DNA of 63,839 nucleotides, counting the filler, from Aduncisulcus paluster (taxonomy: Eukaryota): the NCBI GenBank assembly GCA_024181965.1. It is 9 parts of 9 records of this genome, joined end to end, with 100 filler letters (N's around TTAATTAATTAA, not from the genome) between each part and the next. Parts side by side here need not be neighbours in the genome. Positions count along the whole stretch, not along the records: positions 1 to 11,106 come from BQXS01010048.1; positions 11,207 to 14,721 come from BQXS01010050.1; 7 more parts are not named here. One strand, written 5' to 3'. Made by a program: the position numbers and the translations under genes. The notes beneath the pieces are model-generated. The model did no database searches. It saw only the letters and a program-made list of their open reading frames with translations, and was not told the DNA's origin. Shown one piece after another: positions 1 to 11,878 of the stretch. Positions within the stretch are counted from its first letter, which is position 1. Every line of letters starts with the position of its first letter.

Positions 1-2
1 AA

Positions 3-443
3 TCTGCCCGAGGATGGACGGAGAGACAACAAAGTATACATCCAGGGTCTCAACCTGTTCGTGTTGACCAGCCTACTTCCAAGTCTCCCTCTTCCTCCTC
101 TGGCACTTCTGGCGGTCCCTCTTCTTTCCACGGAGGTCTTCAGCATCCCTCATTCACACAATCTTCTATGCACCACCCTTCCATTTCACCCCAAGGAACT
201 CAGCAACAAGCGTCTTTTGGTAGCGATACGTCTTCCCATCAACCAATGCAGTACAGCGGCAGTGCGATAGACCAGCTTCCCAAATGGGATACGACATCGT
301 CCCAGGGTCTGACATCCTCAGCTGGACACGAGACCACTGGCTCTGCCCACTCTTCCTCCCCTGACACGTCCGTGCGAGGAAGCGAGTGTATCTCTGAGTC
401 TGTTGCCATTTCCACTCAGCTTCCACAGGAACAATATGAATGA
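3..443 (+). CDS. C-terminal fragment of an uncharacterised Ser/Gln/His-rich protein (5' end outside the window)
   Basis: Frame 3 is open from base 3 (SARGWTERQQSIHPGSQ...) through the track ORF 168..443 to TGA; GC content is coding-like, then falls into AT-rich intergenic sequence. Confidence 0.6.
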   Translation, partial: SARGWTERQQSIHPGSQPVRVDQPTSKSPSSSSGTSGGPSSFHGGLQHPSFTQSSMHHPSISPQGTQQQASFGSDTSSHQPMQYSGSAIDQLPKWDTTSSQGLTSSAGHETTGSAHSSSPDTSVRGSECISESVAISTQLPQEQYE

Positions 444-1120
444 ACTCGACTGTGCTCTCATCATTATCGTCACTCTCCCCCTTTCTCTCTTTGTTGTTGT
501 CTTACATCTCTTGTGACAATTGCACCTGATTGTCCCTTCATGGGCATTTTGATCCCTCATATATTCTAGATTGATACACAGATGCTCCTTGTTGTGTGCA
601 CACATGTATCAATCTTGAATATATTTCATACTACTCATTTCTCGTGCCAACAATGTTCCTGAACTGGATTCTCTAACTTTACTGTACTTCTGTATACCCT
701 CATTTTATTTTTGCTTTATTGCTCAAATTCATATTTCTTTTTTATATTTTCATTATTCTTTGGAAAATTATTTTCATATATTCCTTGCATTATGTTGTAA
801 TTTTATTTCAAGTTAAAAAGGAATTTTCTTCCGTATTATTTTTATATCTATTTTTCTAAATTTTTTCCTCACTCTCCCCCCCAAAATAATAATCTTTTTG
901 TCTATTATTTTTATTTTGAACTCTTTGAAAGCATCATCTTTCTATAAAACTATATATCGGTTTCATTATAATTATTCTATTTTTGTATACACTGATTGAA
1001 ATATATATCTTCTCTTTTTAATGGCGTTTCCATCTATGATTCTACAGTCCGTCGACAGTATCTTTCATAGTAAGTGGAGATACCTTTTGAAGTGAGTAGT
1101 AGTCTATACAATCCTCTCTT

Positions 1121-1163
1121 CCTTCTTCCTTCTTCCTTCTTCCTTCTTCCTTCTTCCTTCTTC
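1121..1163. repeat. (CCTTCTT)n heptamer microsatellite
   Basis: About six tandem copies read directly from the sequence. Confidence 0.85.
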
Positions 1164-2180
1164 TTCTTGTTATCTTTGTCCTTCGATGAATACTATTGGT
1201 GTCCTTTTGTCTTCTTACATGGTATATACCGTAGTTACCTCTATGTCATTCTATATTATCCTATGGATATTATCCTATGGATATTTGAGTGAATGGGAGT
1301 CTTCTGTATTGTACCTTTGCCATTATGTATCTAGATCTTATTATCATGTTATTAATATTAGATTATACTTTTATTTATTTAATCATAATCTCTTGTTTTT
1401 TTATTTATGAAATATATATAAAAACACGTGTACTATTCCTTCTTTACTATCCTTATTCAAGTTAAAGGATGAATTCCCAAGTGCTATAGCCCATTATTTT
1501 GTTTTATTTTATCAAGTTCGATGTCCTTTCTGAAGAATTTGTTTTGCTTATTCTTCATAATTCTTATTAAAATATATTTATTTATTTATCTACTCCGTAA
1601 CAATGCATTTCATATTGTTGCCACGTTCCTCTTCTCTCTCTCTCTCTCTCCTTTTTTTTTTTTTTTTTTAATTCTCTTTTCAAAACAATTATATTATAGT
1701 CACTTGGTGTTTCTTTACCTCTCTCTTTGCTCTTGGAGGTCGGTGGGTGATTTTTTTGTTCATTTTGCTTATTTATTTTGATTTGTGTTTCTCACAATGT
1801 TATTTTTAGAATAGTACAGTATAGAATCAAATAGAAGCAACATATGGATTTTTCTATGACCCTGTTCGACCATGATTAGAATTAGATCGTTGGATCAGCA
1901 TACTTTTTATTTTATTTTTTTACATTTTGTTATTTTGATTATTATTGCATGATATAAATTATATAATATTAAATATTTATCTGAATTATATCCTCCATTT
2001 TGTTCAACAGCATCTTTATTAGTAATAATATCGAAATAAATGTGTTCTTCATAAAGTGGTGCCAGTCAGCCAATAAAGGGCATATGTGAGACATTTTCTC
2101 ATATTTTCCCTTATCTATTCTTCAAAAAAATGAATCGATTAAACAAAATGATGATAAAACCAAGACTTGGTTACCAAGTT

Positions 2181-2663
2181 TCATGAGCCAATCTCAATGC
2201 GCTCTAAATATTTCAATCTGCATGCAGGACACACAATCATATCTTTTTGTGGTGATATTTCCATCTCAAATCCAATAATTTGTTCACAGAGACCCTTTGC
2301 ACAGGCACATCCACAAGGGGAATAGACAAAGAAAGGATTAGATTTAGATAAAACTGATTTGCTAAGTTCACATAGTATACCATGCTGAAAAACTTTAGAA
2401 TTAATTCGGATAACATTTTTTCTCGTTGAGATATGCGAAAATCTTAGAGGCATGGATTTATCAATCAAATTCTTTAATATAACATCATAACAAAATAAAT
2501 TTCCAAGTTTATCAACACAAATATTCCCTTCTTCAAGAGGTTTCCCACTAATAGAGCAGGTATATAACGATTGACCTTTAAAAACAGACTCGCCGAGTCT
2601 TTCTCTTATTTGTTGGACAACAACATCTCTTTTTGTTGCTATAGTTCCTCCATCTCCTCCCAT
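2181..2663 (-). CDS. RTF2: Replication termination factor 2 (Rtf2) RING-like protein, short form
   Basis: N-terminus MGGDGGTIATKRD matches the Rtf2 MG(C/N)DGG(T/S)IPKR signature; CSIS..PL, 'DKLGNLF', PCGC and CPAC motifs. Confidence 0.85.
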   Translation of the reverse strand: MGGDGGTIATKRDVVVQQIRERLGESVFKGQSLYTCSISGKPLEEGNICVDKLGNLFCYDVILKNLIDKSMPLRFSHISTRKNVIRINSKVFQHGILCELSKSVLSKSNPFFVYSPCGCACAKGLCEQIIGFEMEISPQKDMIVCPACRLKYLERIEIGS

Positions 2664-2779
2664 TTTAGTATTTTTATAGTAGAACGCGAGGAAAACATCA
2701 TCTTTCCGAAAAACATCTACTGTTTTTTTCTCTCCGTTATAACTCTTTTAATGTGCAAAATATTAGCGTATTTTATTGT

Positions 2780-4003
2780 TTATTTCAATATATGAGCTTC
2801 TCGTGCAATTCTGTAATAAATTTCACTTTTTCTTCTTTCTAATGAGCATAACTGTTCCAAATTTTCTACTAATTTATCTTTATGACAAATTTCATACTTA
2901 ATTAGAAGTTCAGATAAGAGCAATATGGACAATTTCGGCCATTTTGCAGAATCTTCCAATTTAATCAATTCTTCAACCATAGTCCAGAAAGAAGCAAGGA
3001 TCTCTGAACGAAAAGTATCCAAATTATCATTCCACCATTCTGCATCGCGCAATAACCACACAATAAATCTCCAAGAACTCTCATCATCCGGAAGCACATA
3101 AAAAGCTGCCTGAGAAAATTCATATTCAAGTTTAATTCGATCAGATATTACCTCAGTAAGCTTTATAATCATAGAATGATCGGATACAAGCTCAATAAAC
3201 TTAGATAATGGAGCAGAATAAGTTGGAATGAATAGATAATCATCATATCCACAAATCTCCAATAGCGAAGCCTTGAACAATAATTTAAGGGCACCAGACC
3301 GTCTATGCCAAGCAGAATGATTGCTAAAATTACTTTTAATCATGGATTGAGTGAATTCAAGATCAGAAAGAGCAACATCTTTTAACTCTGAACAATATGA
3401 TTCCCATGTGGTTGTTATTTGATCCTTATAGTGCAAATATATCTCATTTTCATACATTTTCCTTATTTCAGTTCGATAATTCCAGCAATGGAAGTTCCTA
3501 CCATCAACAGAGAGACACTTCGAGCACAAACTTATCTCATTTTCTAATATGTCACGAAATACAGTTCTTAGTGATTCTTTTACCGAGTGTGTTGCATATC
3601 TATTCCATAATGTTATGATTAAAAACATTCGATGATCCCACACAGGATATACTTTAGCATTTTTGGCAATAAAGGCTTCGGTAAATTTTAACTCTGAAGA
3701 TATTAACTCAGGAAGTAAAGAATATGTTTCGGACTCTTTTGATGATTCTTCCTCTTTATCTTTCTCATCTTTTTCAAAGTCTACTTCATCACGAAGCCTA
3801 GAAGAAATAGCATCCTTGCGATAATTCCAGAGTGAATAAAACTCCTTATTAAGTCCCAATACTGTTTTAGTGAGCATCAAAGTTTGATCATCATACTTTT
3901 TTGCGGCCTTTCTAGCGAAAACAAGCTTTACAAGCTTTCTGTATTTTGTGATGGTTTCTTGACTAACTTCAAAAGTTTTATCTCCTTTTTTAATTCCATG
4001 CAT
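2780..4003 (-). CDS. RABGGTA: Rab geranylgeranyltransferase (GGTase II) alpha subunit
   Basis: MHG start; prenyltransferase alpha repeats (FYSLWNYR, KVYPVWDHR, RNFHCWNYR, NFSNHSAWHRR, PDDESSW); 'AKWPKL' near the C-terminus. Confidence 0.9.
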   Translation of the reverse strand: MHGIKKGDKTFEVSQETITKYRKLVKLVFARKAAKKYDDQTLMLTKTVLGLNKEFYSLWNYRKDAISSRLRDEVDFEKDEKDKEEESSKESETYSLLPELISSELKFTEAFIAKNAKVYPVWDHRMFLIITLWNRYATHSVKESLRTVFRDILENEISLCSKCLSVDGRNFHCWNYRTEIRKMYENEIYLHYKDQITTTWESYCSELKDVALSDLEFTQSMIKSNFSNHSAWHRRSGALKLLFKASLLEICGYDDYLFIPTYSAPLSKFIELVSDHSMIIKLTEVISDRIKLEYEFSQAAFYVLPDDESSWRFIVWLLRDAEWWNDNLDTFRSEILASFWTMVEELIKLEDSAKWPKLSILLLSELLIKYEICHKDKLVENLEQLCSLERRKSEIYYRIAREAHILK

Positions 4004-4136
4004 GATAGAAATAGTGAGTAAAAGTTATTCAAACAACCAAAAAAAAGACAGATAATAATGAAGTGTTGTGAGACCATATTTGCAATACTAACACATAAAA
4101 AACGAATAAAGCAATACATAGATTAATATAATTTTT

Positions 4137-5051
4137 TTATTCTTCAATATCTTCCAGGATGTAATCAGGATTAGCACCCCATATCATATCCATCCATTCC
4201 TTCTTTTCTTCCTTCGATTCTGCCAAAAATCTATATAAACGAACCTTCCCTTGTTTCCTTAATCTTTCTTTAAAAGGGATTGCCCTCCGTCTTCTTTCTT
4301 TATCTGTCAAAACTTCTTTTTGATCATAATCAATGTATTCTGGAACTTCAACTCCAAACTGAAGACCCTTCAGGTCCTTAACGATAGTTCCATCAAGCTC
4401 AAATAAACCTGCTGGTGTCAATGTTTCCCCAATTCTATAATAACTCAACGTCGATCTCTCAATACGAACGAATCTTGGATAAAATCGGCTATGATATTTT
4501 CCACATTTTTTCAACCATCCTTCTTTGTTAACTCGGAATGGATCATGCTCTTTTCCAAACATTTTAATTCGTTTTCTCTTCTCTTTCTCCTTGGGAGACA
4601 CATCTGTATCGATTTCTTCTTCCTCTTCCTCTCCTCCACTTTTTTCCACAATTGATTGTTTGAATAAACGTTTGGACTCATCTAAATTACACCTTCGATG
4701 GAATGAAACCATTGAAAGATACTCAGGAACGAGAGAAATAAAAGAAACAGGAATATGAGCTTTCACTCCAGTATTAAGTTCTCTAACAAACCAAGTAACC
4801 TCAGGTTCGAGAATTGGCATCTCATTTTCAGAGGAATATGTCATAGCAAAGTCAGAAGATGGAATAAGAGATGGTTTAGCTTGACTAATAGTTGGGTTTG
4901 AAACAGTTGACAATAATTGTAATCTGGATCCTCTGCGAATGGTAACAATATCGTCATCATCTTCTACATCATAATTTTTAAGTGTTAATAATTGAATTGG
5001 GAATAAAGTTGGGGTCGGACGCCCAAGAACACGCAGAGGTTGTTTCTCCAT
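4137..5051 (-). CDS. PH-domain protein, possibly with a divergent split SH3-like N-terminal region
   Basis: KEGWLKKCG...RFVRIERSTLSYY...YRFLAESKEEKKEWM is a PH fold signature; 'KNYDVEDDDDIVTIRRG...WFV...AHIPVSFI' resembles SH3. Confidence 0.75.
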   Translation of the reverse strand: MEKQPLRVLGRPTPTLFPIQLLTLKNYDVEDDDDIVTIRRGSRLQLLSTVSNPTISQAKPSLIPSSDFAMTYSSENEMPILEPEVTWFVRELNTGVKAHIPVSFISLVPEYLSMVSFHRRCNLDESKRLFKQSIVEKSGGEEEEEEIDTDVSPKEKEKRKRIKMFGKEHDPFRVNKEGWLKKCGKYHSRFYPRFVRIERSTLSYYRIGETLTPAGLFELDGTIVKDLKGLQFGVEVPEYIDYDQKEVLTDKERRRRAIPFKERLRKQGKVRLYRFLAESKEEKKEWMDMIWGANPDYILEDIEE

Positions 5052-5366
5052 ATTATATCAATTAAAGAATTAATTTAGAGGTTTAAACTATAAGCTAAAT
5101 CGAAATTACACAAAGAAAATAAATCAGAAAAGTTAAAATATATCTGTATTATCAAGAAAAAAGGATTATTGAAATCTGCCTTCCATCTTATAAGATCAAG
5201 GATACATTTACAACCGATTTATTTTAATCTTCCAAATTAATTTTATTTCAGTGATTATATTGACTGAAGAGTACCGATATCAGATTTTACGAAAAAAAAA
5301 AAAAAAAAAAAAACGATTTTCTCCTGACCCTCAAAGATTGAGAATATATTTCCTCAATATTTTAAT

Positions 5367-5723
5367 ATGGGAAAGCATCGTAAAACCAAAGAAAAAACCT
5401 CAACCGTTTCTAAATTGCCAGACAAGCCTTTAGATTTCTCGATCGTTTCAGTCCACGTGAAACCCAACGCTAAGTTTGATAAACTCATTTCAGTTGGAGT
5501 TGCCGACCAAGCATATGATATTGAATGTTCAATAAGTATATCGTCACCAGCTCTTGATGGAAAAGCAAATAGCGCCTTAGTTGATTTCTTTGCGACATTA
5601 GTTGGCTTAAAGGCACGTGATATAACAATTATTAAAGGTCATACGAGTAGAAATAAGATTATAAGAGTGGAAAAACGTTGCATCGATGTTATCTCTTTGT
5701 TAAAGGCTAACTGTGAGTCTTAA
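5367..5723 (+). CDS. UPF0235/DUF167 (YggU/C15orf40-like) protein
   Basis: VHVKPNAK, PALDGKANSALVDFFA and IIKGHTSRNK motifs. Confidence 0.88.
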   Translation: MGKHRKTKEKTSTVSKLPDKPLDFSIVSVHVKPNAKFDKLISVGVADQAYDIECSISISSPALDGKANSALVDFFATLVGLKARDITIIKGHTSRNKIIRVEKRCIDVISLLKANCES

Positions 5724-6080
5724 TTCACAGACATGATTAAATTGTTCAATGTGTATATATCCAATATTTATTTATTGACAAGAAATAATATTATATTCCC
5801 ATTATATCTATACCTTTCAACTTTAGCATGAAAATCATCAAACAAAAAGATAATGGAGACGTAAAGAGAATTTGTTATATAAAAGTCATTTATATATAAT
5901 GTTCTATTATTGTATCATAATATCTCACGATATTTGTTTGTTTCTATCCAATATAACATCTCTCCGAATACGGAAGAATCATACTAAAGGTATACTTCTC
6001 ATTAATAATTTAGAAAGAACTAATAAAGGAAATTGGTGTGTATATATATAGAGTATTAGATAAATCCAATATCATCAAAT

Positions 6081-6887
6081 CTATAAATTGAATCCTCTTC
6101 CGCGTCCTCTCCCTCTTCCTCTCCCTCTTCCTCTTCCGCGTCCTCTCCCTCTTCCTCTCCCACGTCCTCTTCCTCTCCCACGTCCACGAACAGAAGAACC
6201 TCTCCATCCACCTCCTTGGTGATTATATGAATGACTATGATGATGGGAGGATGAGTAAGAAGGAGTGTATGAGGATGTACCTGAAGGTTTGAACGTCTTC
6301 TTGATGGCTACATCGACGGATTCCCCATCAATGAGAGTTCCACTAAGAGATACGGCATCAAGAGCAGCTTCCGGAGTGGCAAACTCAATGAATGCAAATC
6401 CTTTTTCAAGGTGTCTCTGATTCCGAGTAACACGGATAATATCTCCACAGGCCTTAAAAATGGCACGGATGCTGGCTTCATTGGTTGAAGAACTGAGGTT
6501 AGACAAGAATACAGAACGTTTATCAGACTCTTCCACAGAAACAGTTTTTTCTTCAAGACTCTTCAACATCGCCATTTGTTTCTCAATATCAGTTGTCAAC
6601 GATGGGGTGTTTGGTGTTGATGTTTCAACAATGGGCTGGAGGATAGTAGATTTAGTATTAACAAGAGTAGAAGAAGTTGATGGAGAAGTCATCATTTCAA
6701 ACATTTTCTTTTGCTCTTCTAAACCAAAAAGATGCCCACTTTCTTCTTTGGATTGGAGAATAGGTTCCGAAATTACAACATGTTCATTCTTTTCTTCACC
6801 TGTATCTTGAGATTCATTTCCAGTGACATCAACGTCAACAACATCACCATCTTCATATTCTAAACCAATCAAATCGAGATCAGACAT
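6081..6887 (-). CDS. Single-RRM protein with C-terminal RG repeat, PABPN1/PAB2-like
   Basis: Acidic N-terminus, then ESDKRSVFLSNL...CGDIIRVT...KGFAFIEF (RNP2/RNP1) and about 17 RG dipeptides; this is the nuclear poly(A)-binding protein architecture. Confidence 0.75.
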   Translation of the reverse strand: MSDLDLIGLEYEDGDVVDVDVTGNESQDTGEEKNEHVVISEPILQSKEESGHLFGLEEQKKMFEMMTSPSTSSTLVNTKSTILQPIVETSTPNTPSLTTDIEKQMAMLKSLEEKTVSVEESDKRSVFLSNLSSSTNEASIRAIFKACGDIIRVTRNQRHLEKGFAFIEFATPEAALDAVSLSGTLIDGESVDVAIKKTFKPSGTSSYTPSYSSSHHHSHSYNHQGGGWRGSSVRGRGRGRGRGRGRGRGRGRGRGRGRGRGRGRGFNL

Positions 6888-7537
6888 TATTGGCAGAGCA
6901 AAAGTTAAACNNNNNNNNNNNNNNNNNNNNCTTCTAAACCAAAAAGATGCCCACTTTCTTCTTTGGATTGGAGAATAGGTTCCGAAATTACAACATGTTC
7001 ATTCTTTTCTTCACCTGTATCTTGAGATTCATTTCCAGTGACATCAACGTCAACAACATCACCATCTTCATATTCTAAACCAATCAAATCGAGATCAGAC
7101 ATTATTGGCAGAGCAAAAGTTAAACTTTGATTTTGTGTGCAAAAAGAATATAATAACCGCTTTTCAGCGAGAAAAACTGATGTCAATGTTTATGTTATTA
7201 TGATTCCTTGATTTATATATTTTATTTACCCTCACCCCGCATTAATTTTGAACAATTTGTCTCTGGGAAGAAATAGATGCGTTCCAAAATCAATTTCAAA
7301 GATATGTTTTGGATTCTTTTGCATGCGATAGCGGAATATATTCTATTTATCATTTTTTCTGTCAATGTGCTCGGTATTTCTCTTTTCTCATACTGCGGGT
7401 GATATGATAATATTTGAGCGTTTTATATAAATATTACATCTCACATCGTTTTATTTGTTTTTTATTTGACCTCAATCTTTCTTATTTCTGTGGAACGGCA
7501 TTTGTTCATTTCAAAAATCATCTGAAAATAATGATTC

Positions 7538-9377
7538 ATGACAAAAGATTTCGATTTGTGGATTCACTCTATGGCAAACAAATTCAAAAGAAGACAAAAG
7601 AAAGTATCAAAAGGACAAAAAACTCATCGAAGTTCACCTAAAGCGCCACAATCAAACAAACCTGCTCCAATTGACCAAAAAGCACAAGACACCGTATCAA
7701 GACCATTATCTTCACCTTATAAAGGGAAAATAAGAAAGAAATCTGGGTATACACCAAGAATATCAAAGCCACCATACACTGAAGAAGATATTTACAAATG
7801 CTGCGAAGAACTTCACTTGTCCAAACATCTTGTAGAGTTGGAAATAGCTACATACCGTACGAAAGTTCAAATGTCAGAATATGTAAGAGATGGCCTTGTT
7901 TCGTCCCATCGTCATCATTCTCTCTTGTATGATGATGCTCTTCAGTTCCACCTTCAAAAGGTCCATTCTGACCGCATCGAACAAGCTTTTTCTGACCATG
8001 ACGCTTGGAATTATCAGGAACTCCTATCTATGTCCGAAGAAGAAGACTATTGTGTCCTGGCCTCACCTGAAAAACCAGATATCGCTGAACTATTGGTTGA
8101 AAAAAAATCTGAAGCCAAAGATAGAATAAGAAAATTTCAGAATTATTATTCCACCATTCGGCAGGCCCGAGAGAAAACGTTACAAGCTAGAGCACAGTCA
8201 TCGAAACAAAAGAGTTCGTCATCACGTCTCATTGAGAAAAAAATTCGCTCACATGACCATCCAAGCCCTAAAGAAACTCCAGCCATTCCCACAGAAGGTG
8301 TGTTAACTGTGAAGTCGACACCATCCCCGATTCGTTCAAGAAAAGATCAGAAACATCCAAACCCTTTGAAGACTTCCACCATTGTCCCCACTCATAGTGT
8401 GGACAATCCTACTGATAAACGATATAGTACTGTAGATACGACGAAAGGAGATGTGTCGAGAGGTGGAGAGTCAAGGGCAGAAGATGACGAAGAAGCGAGT
8501 CATGCTCATTCAGAACAAAGTATGGGATCATCAGTGGGTCCAGCATCACATGCTCACTCTTCTTCTGATTCTATGGTATTCAAGGACGAAGTTGTTCGAA
8601 TCGATGAGTTTGCCGGAAAAGGCCAAGGAGGAATATCAGGCGATAAAACAGACACTGACCATATTATAACAACAATGATGTCACATNNNNNNNNNNNNNN
8701 NNNNNNCAAGGGCAGAAGATGACGAAGAAGCGAGTCATGCTCATTCAGAACAAAGTATGGGATCATCAGTGGGTCCAGCATCACATGCTCACTCTTCTTC
8801 TGATTCTATGGTATTCAAGGACGAAGTTGTTCGAATCGATGAGTTTGCCGGAAAAGGCCAAGGAGGAATATCAGGCGATAAAACAGACACTGACCATATT
8901 ATAACAACAATGATGTCACATTTGATTGATCCTATGGATTCTATCATTAAAACAAATCCGGATTTCGAAGCTGTTCAAGAAAGCATTGTTAGCGGGTTGA
9001 AGGCCAAATCTTTGTTTCAAAAATACTCTTATTTTCCATACAATGATGTAATTATTGAAATTCATGACCCTTTTGAAGCCACTGAAGTGTTTACGGACTT
9101 TATTCCTCCTCCGCCTCCAAGAATAATGAAACCCATGGATATTGCGATAAAATATTGTCAAAAGCACCATGGGTGTGTTCGAATCCGGGCAGGAAGATTC
9201 TCTATCTGGTTACCAAACACTGTTAAAAAAGCAATCATGAAACGTGAAGAACAAGAACTTGATGATACAGTGACTCGTTCTTCTCCTTCTGGGGAAACAA
9301 AAACCTTATCTATCTCCAGTCTTGTGGTCTTATTCATCATTATTTGTTCTTTATTGGTAAATATGTACGTAAAATAA
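7538..9377 (+). CDS. Uncharacterised protein with a C-terminal hydrophobic (tail-anchor-like) segment; split by an assembly overlap at 8687-8706
   Basis: ORFs 7538..8686 and 8757..9377 share the duplicated overlap and join into one frame once it is collapsed; the C-terminus SLVVLFIIICSLLVNMY is hydrophobic. Confidence 0.65.
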
Positions 9378-9851
9378 TGTCCTTTGAGATCATATTTTCA
9401 ATCCAGGATTTGTCTTGAAATTCGGGCGTTTAACTTGGTGAAAGAACAATTAGTGGTTAATTATAGCCTATGAATCACAATATTTCCTGATATTCAGGAG
9501 GTATATTTGATTAATATGTGTCAATCGGATTCCGATTGTTTCAATGGGTTCGACAGGGCAAAATTTATATTAAGATTATATTTTAAAATTTACAATGTAT
9601 TTCAATCAGATATAATTGTATAAACAATCATTTAAAAAATAGAATCATGCCTGAGATCATAGTCATGTGTTGTAACTAATCGTTGATATTTTTCGTTGGT
9701 TAAAGTCCGAAAATGGCTGTTAAATTGCATCTAAATAAATTCCGAAGTTAAATTTGCTTATTTATTTCAATTTCCATTACCTGCAAAAAATATCAACTCT
9801 TTCTCGCGAATTAAGAAAAATATCGAAGCTTCATAGTTTGTTTCCGCAATT

Positions 9852-11106
9852 ATGAGGTATGGAGAATATCATAACTCCACAGATGAACCTCGATCAGAAG
9901 TATCGGGTTCTAGAGCTTCCTCTTCCAATTCAATTCGCTCTGCACAGGAAACTATATTTACAAGCCAACTTGGAATATATAGTAAGTTTTCTTTGACATA
10001 TAGAATTGTTGTAACAGCATTTCACCTTGCTGAAAATTCAAAAATAGGCCCATTTTTTAGGCACATCTCCAATATCATAATGTTTATACAAATGACATCA
10101 ATACCGTTACATAATCTATTAAATTCTCATAGTATCCTTCAAAAAATTTATAATATTCTAAAATATACCTTGATAGAACCAGAAGTTCTCTCAATCAAGT
10201 CTTTTTACTCATTGCTGATAGCCATATATTGTTTTCTTCTATTTGTGCTATTATTTTGCATATATCTTTCCCTTCGAGACACTGGTGTTTCTTCTTCTAG
10301 CGTTCCAAGACTCACCCGTTCCGAAAGGTTTTTTGTATGGTTCATAAATTATTTTATTTACATTTTAGTGTATCCCCTTTTCATTCCAATATGTTATCTT
10401 CTTTCAACTTCCATAGCAGCTCCCATATACAATTTTTTCCCTGAGAAATCCCATAGAATATTATATAGTGTCTTTAGCGGGCTATCTTTGAGCATTTTAA
10501 TACTAATTTCAATGGTTTATTGCCTTTTTGTTCACGATAACCGCATGTTTAAATTCTCTTTAGGAAGTGGTGACAATCTCACCTGGTTTAACGAGCGTGA
10601 AAAAACGGCCAAAGAGAAAGCCACCGAAGTATTTATGCAAATTCATCGTTCTGAGAATGTTAATAGGAATAATAATAATAATATAAATAACAGTTTTGCG
10701 ATGTCATCTGCTTTTACGAGCGTTGATGATAATAACAGCCGGCGATTGAGTGTATCTTCGGTAATTTCGTCGGCTAGGTCGGATGTTGAGATCCTTTCCA
10801 AGAAAAAAAAGAAGAAACGAAAGAAGCGACGGTCCGATAATCTTTTATGTTGTTCAACGAAAAATTCCAAAGTTGACCAGGCCAAGGCTTTCCACCCTCC
10901 TTCTTCTTCATTCACAGGGTCTTGGTCAAAAGTATTATCGCCTCTCGAAGCCTATATGCAGATAGTTCGAGTCCAGTGGGGTTCCGAACGTATTACTGGC
11001 CGGTACCATGCTTGGCGAATCATATTCTGCGTTCTTGTTGTTATTTCTAAAGCCTTTCTTTCGCCTTCATTCCCCATTATATCTACGTTTATATCTGCCA
11101 TCGCAT
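9852..11106 (+). CDS. Multi-pass membrane protein, 3'-truncated at scaffold end
   Basis: ORF of about 418 aa with at least five hydrophobic helices; runs into the linker without a stop. Confidence 0.7.
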
Positions 11107-11206
11107 NNNNNNNNNNNNNNNNNNNNNNNNNNNNNNNNNNNNNNNNNNNNTTAATTAATTAANNNNNNNNNNNNNNNNNNNNNNNNNNNNNNNNNNNNNN
11201 NNNNNN
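11107..11206. other. Artificial scaffold linker (N44-TTAATTAATTAA-N44); identical linkers at 14722-14821, 19304-19403, 22454-22553, 30773-30872, 41305-41404, 53079-53178, 60443-60542
   Basis: Eight identical 100-nt spacers, each with a central 12-mer that gives stop codons in all six frames. Confidence 0.97.
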
Positions 11207-11878
11207 ATGATAAAATCGGCAACTAATCGCGTTTATACAAATCATAATAAATGGATATATGGACATCATGTTGACAACTTAGGGAGTAATGGAAGTTGTA
11301 GCGACTATCGGAAGTTCTGGAAGGTTATATACTAATATCGAGAAATCTCTTCTTGGAAAACACAACCAAGGCAATCATTTTACATAGTTATGGTTAGTAG
11401 CATAAAACATTCGGACATGGGAGGTCGGGAATGGGTCCAAAATGAAATGAAATGGATCGACCATTTTTGTTTTTCGATTTTGTCTCCTTTCGTTCTTTCC
11501 TGGACACACAAAGACCGTTTATTTTATTGTATGTCAATTATATCCCGGCCATTTGACCAATCCTCTGTCGTATTCACCCTTGAGAACATCAAAACGACCG
11601 AGTCATTGGCAATATGGGTCGCCGCGACGTTTCTTGTATTATCATATCTTTGAACATTATCTTACCATATATTTTCCACCATTTCTTTACCCATTTTTGT
11701 CCCCATCAACCTTATTTATTTTGGTTATTTTGGTTGTTTTGGTCGATTCATCGATTCATCAATTCCGTCTGTTTCTTTATTGTTTGTCGTGTTTTCCATG
11801 TTTTCTGTGTGATCTTTTTTTTAAAAAATAATTTGTAGATTAGCTATTAATATTCCCCATCCCTTTTGTCACGCTACA

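Noticed and set aside
1021-1095. 24-codon ORF MAFPSMILQSVDSIFHSKWRYLLK
   Set aside because: Too short; no frame-restoring splice partner identified.
1074-1781. Short Phe/Leu/Ile-rich ORFs (also 13153-13467 and 60619-61181)
   Set aside because: AT-rich non-coding sequence, mostly non-ATG starts, no coding signal.
5367-5723. Bacterial horizontal transfer of yggU
   Set aside because: DUF167 is widespread in eukaryotes; nothing in the sequence indicates transfer.
6905-7186. Second copy of the RRM gene N-terminus
   Set aside because: Duplicate overlap across a 20-N gap.
11151-11162. TTAATTAATTAA as a biological motif, and ORFs ending in '...XLIN'
   Set aside because: Artificial six-frame-stop linker inside N runs; gene adjacency across linkers carries no information.
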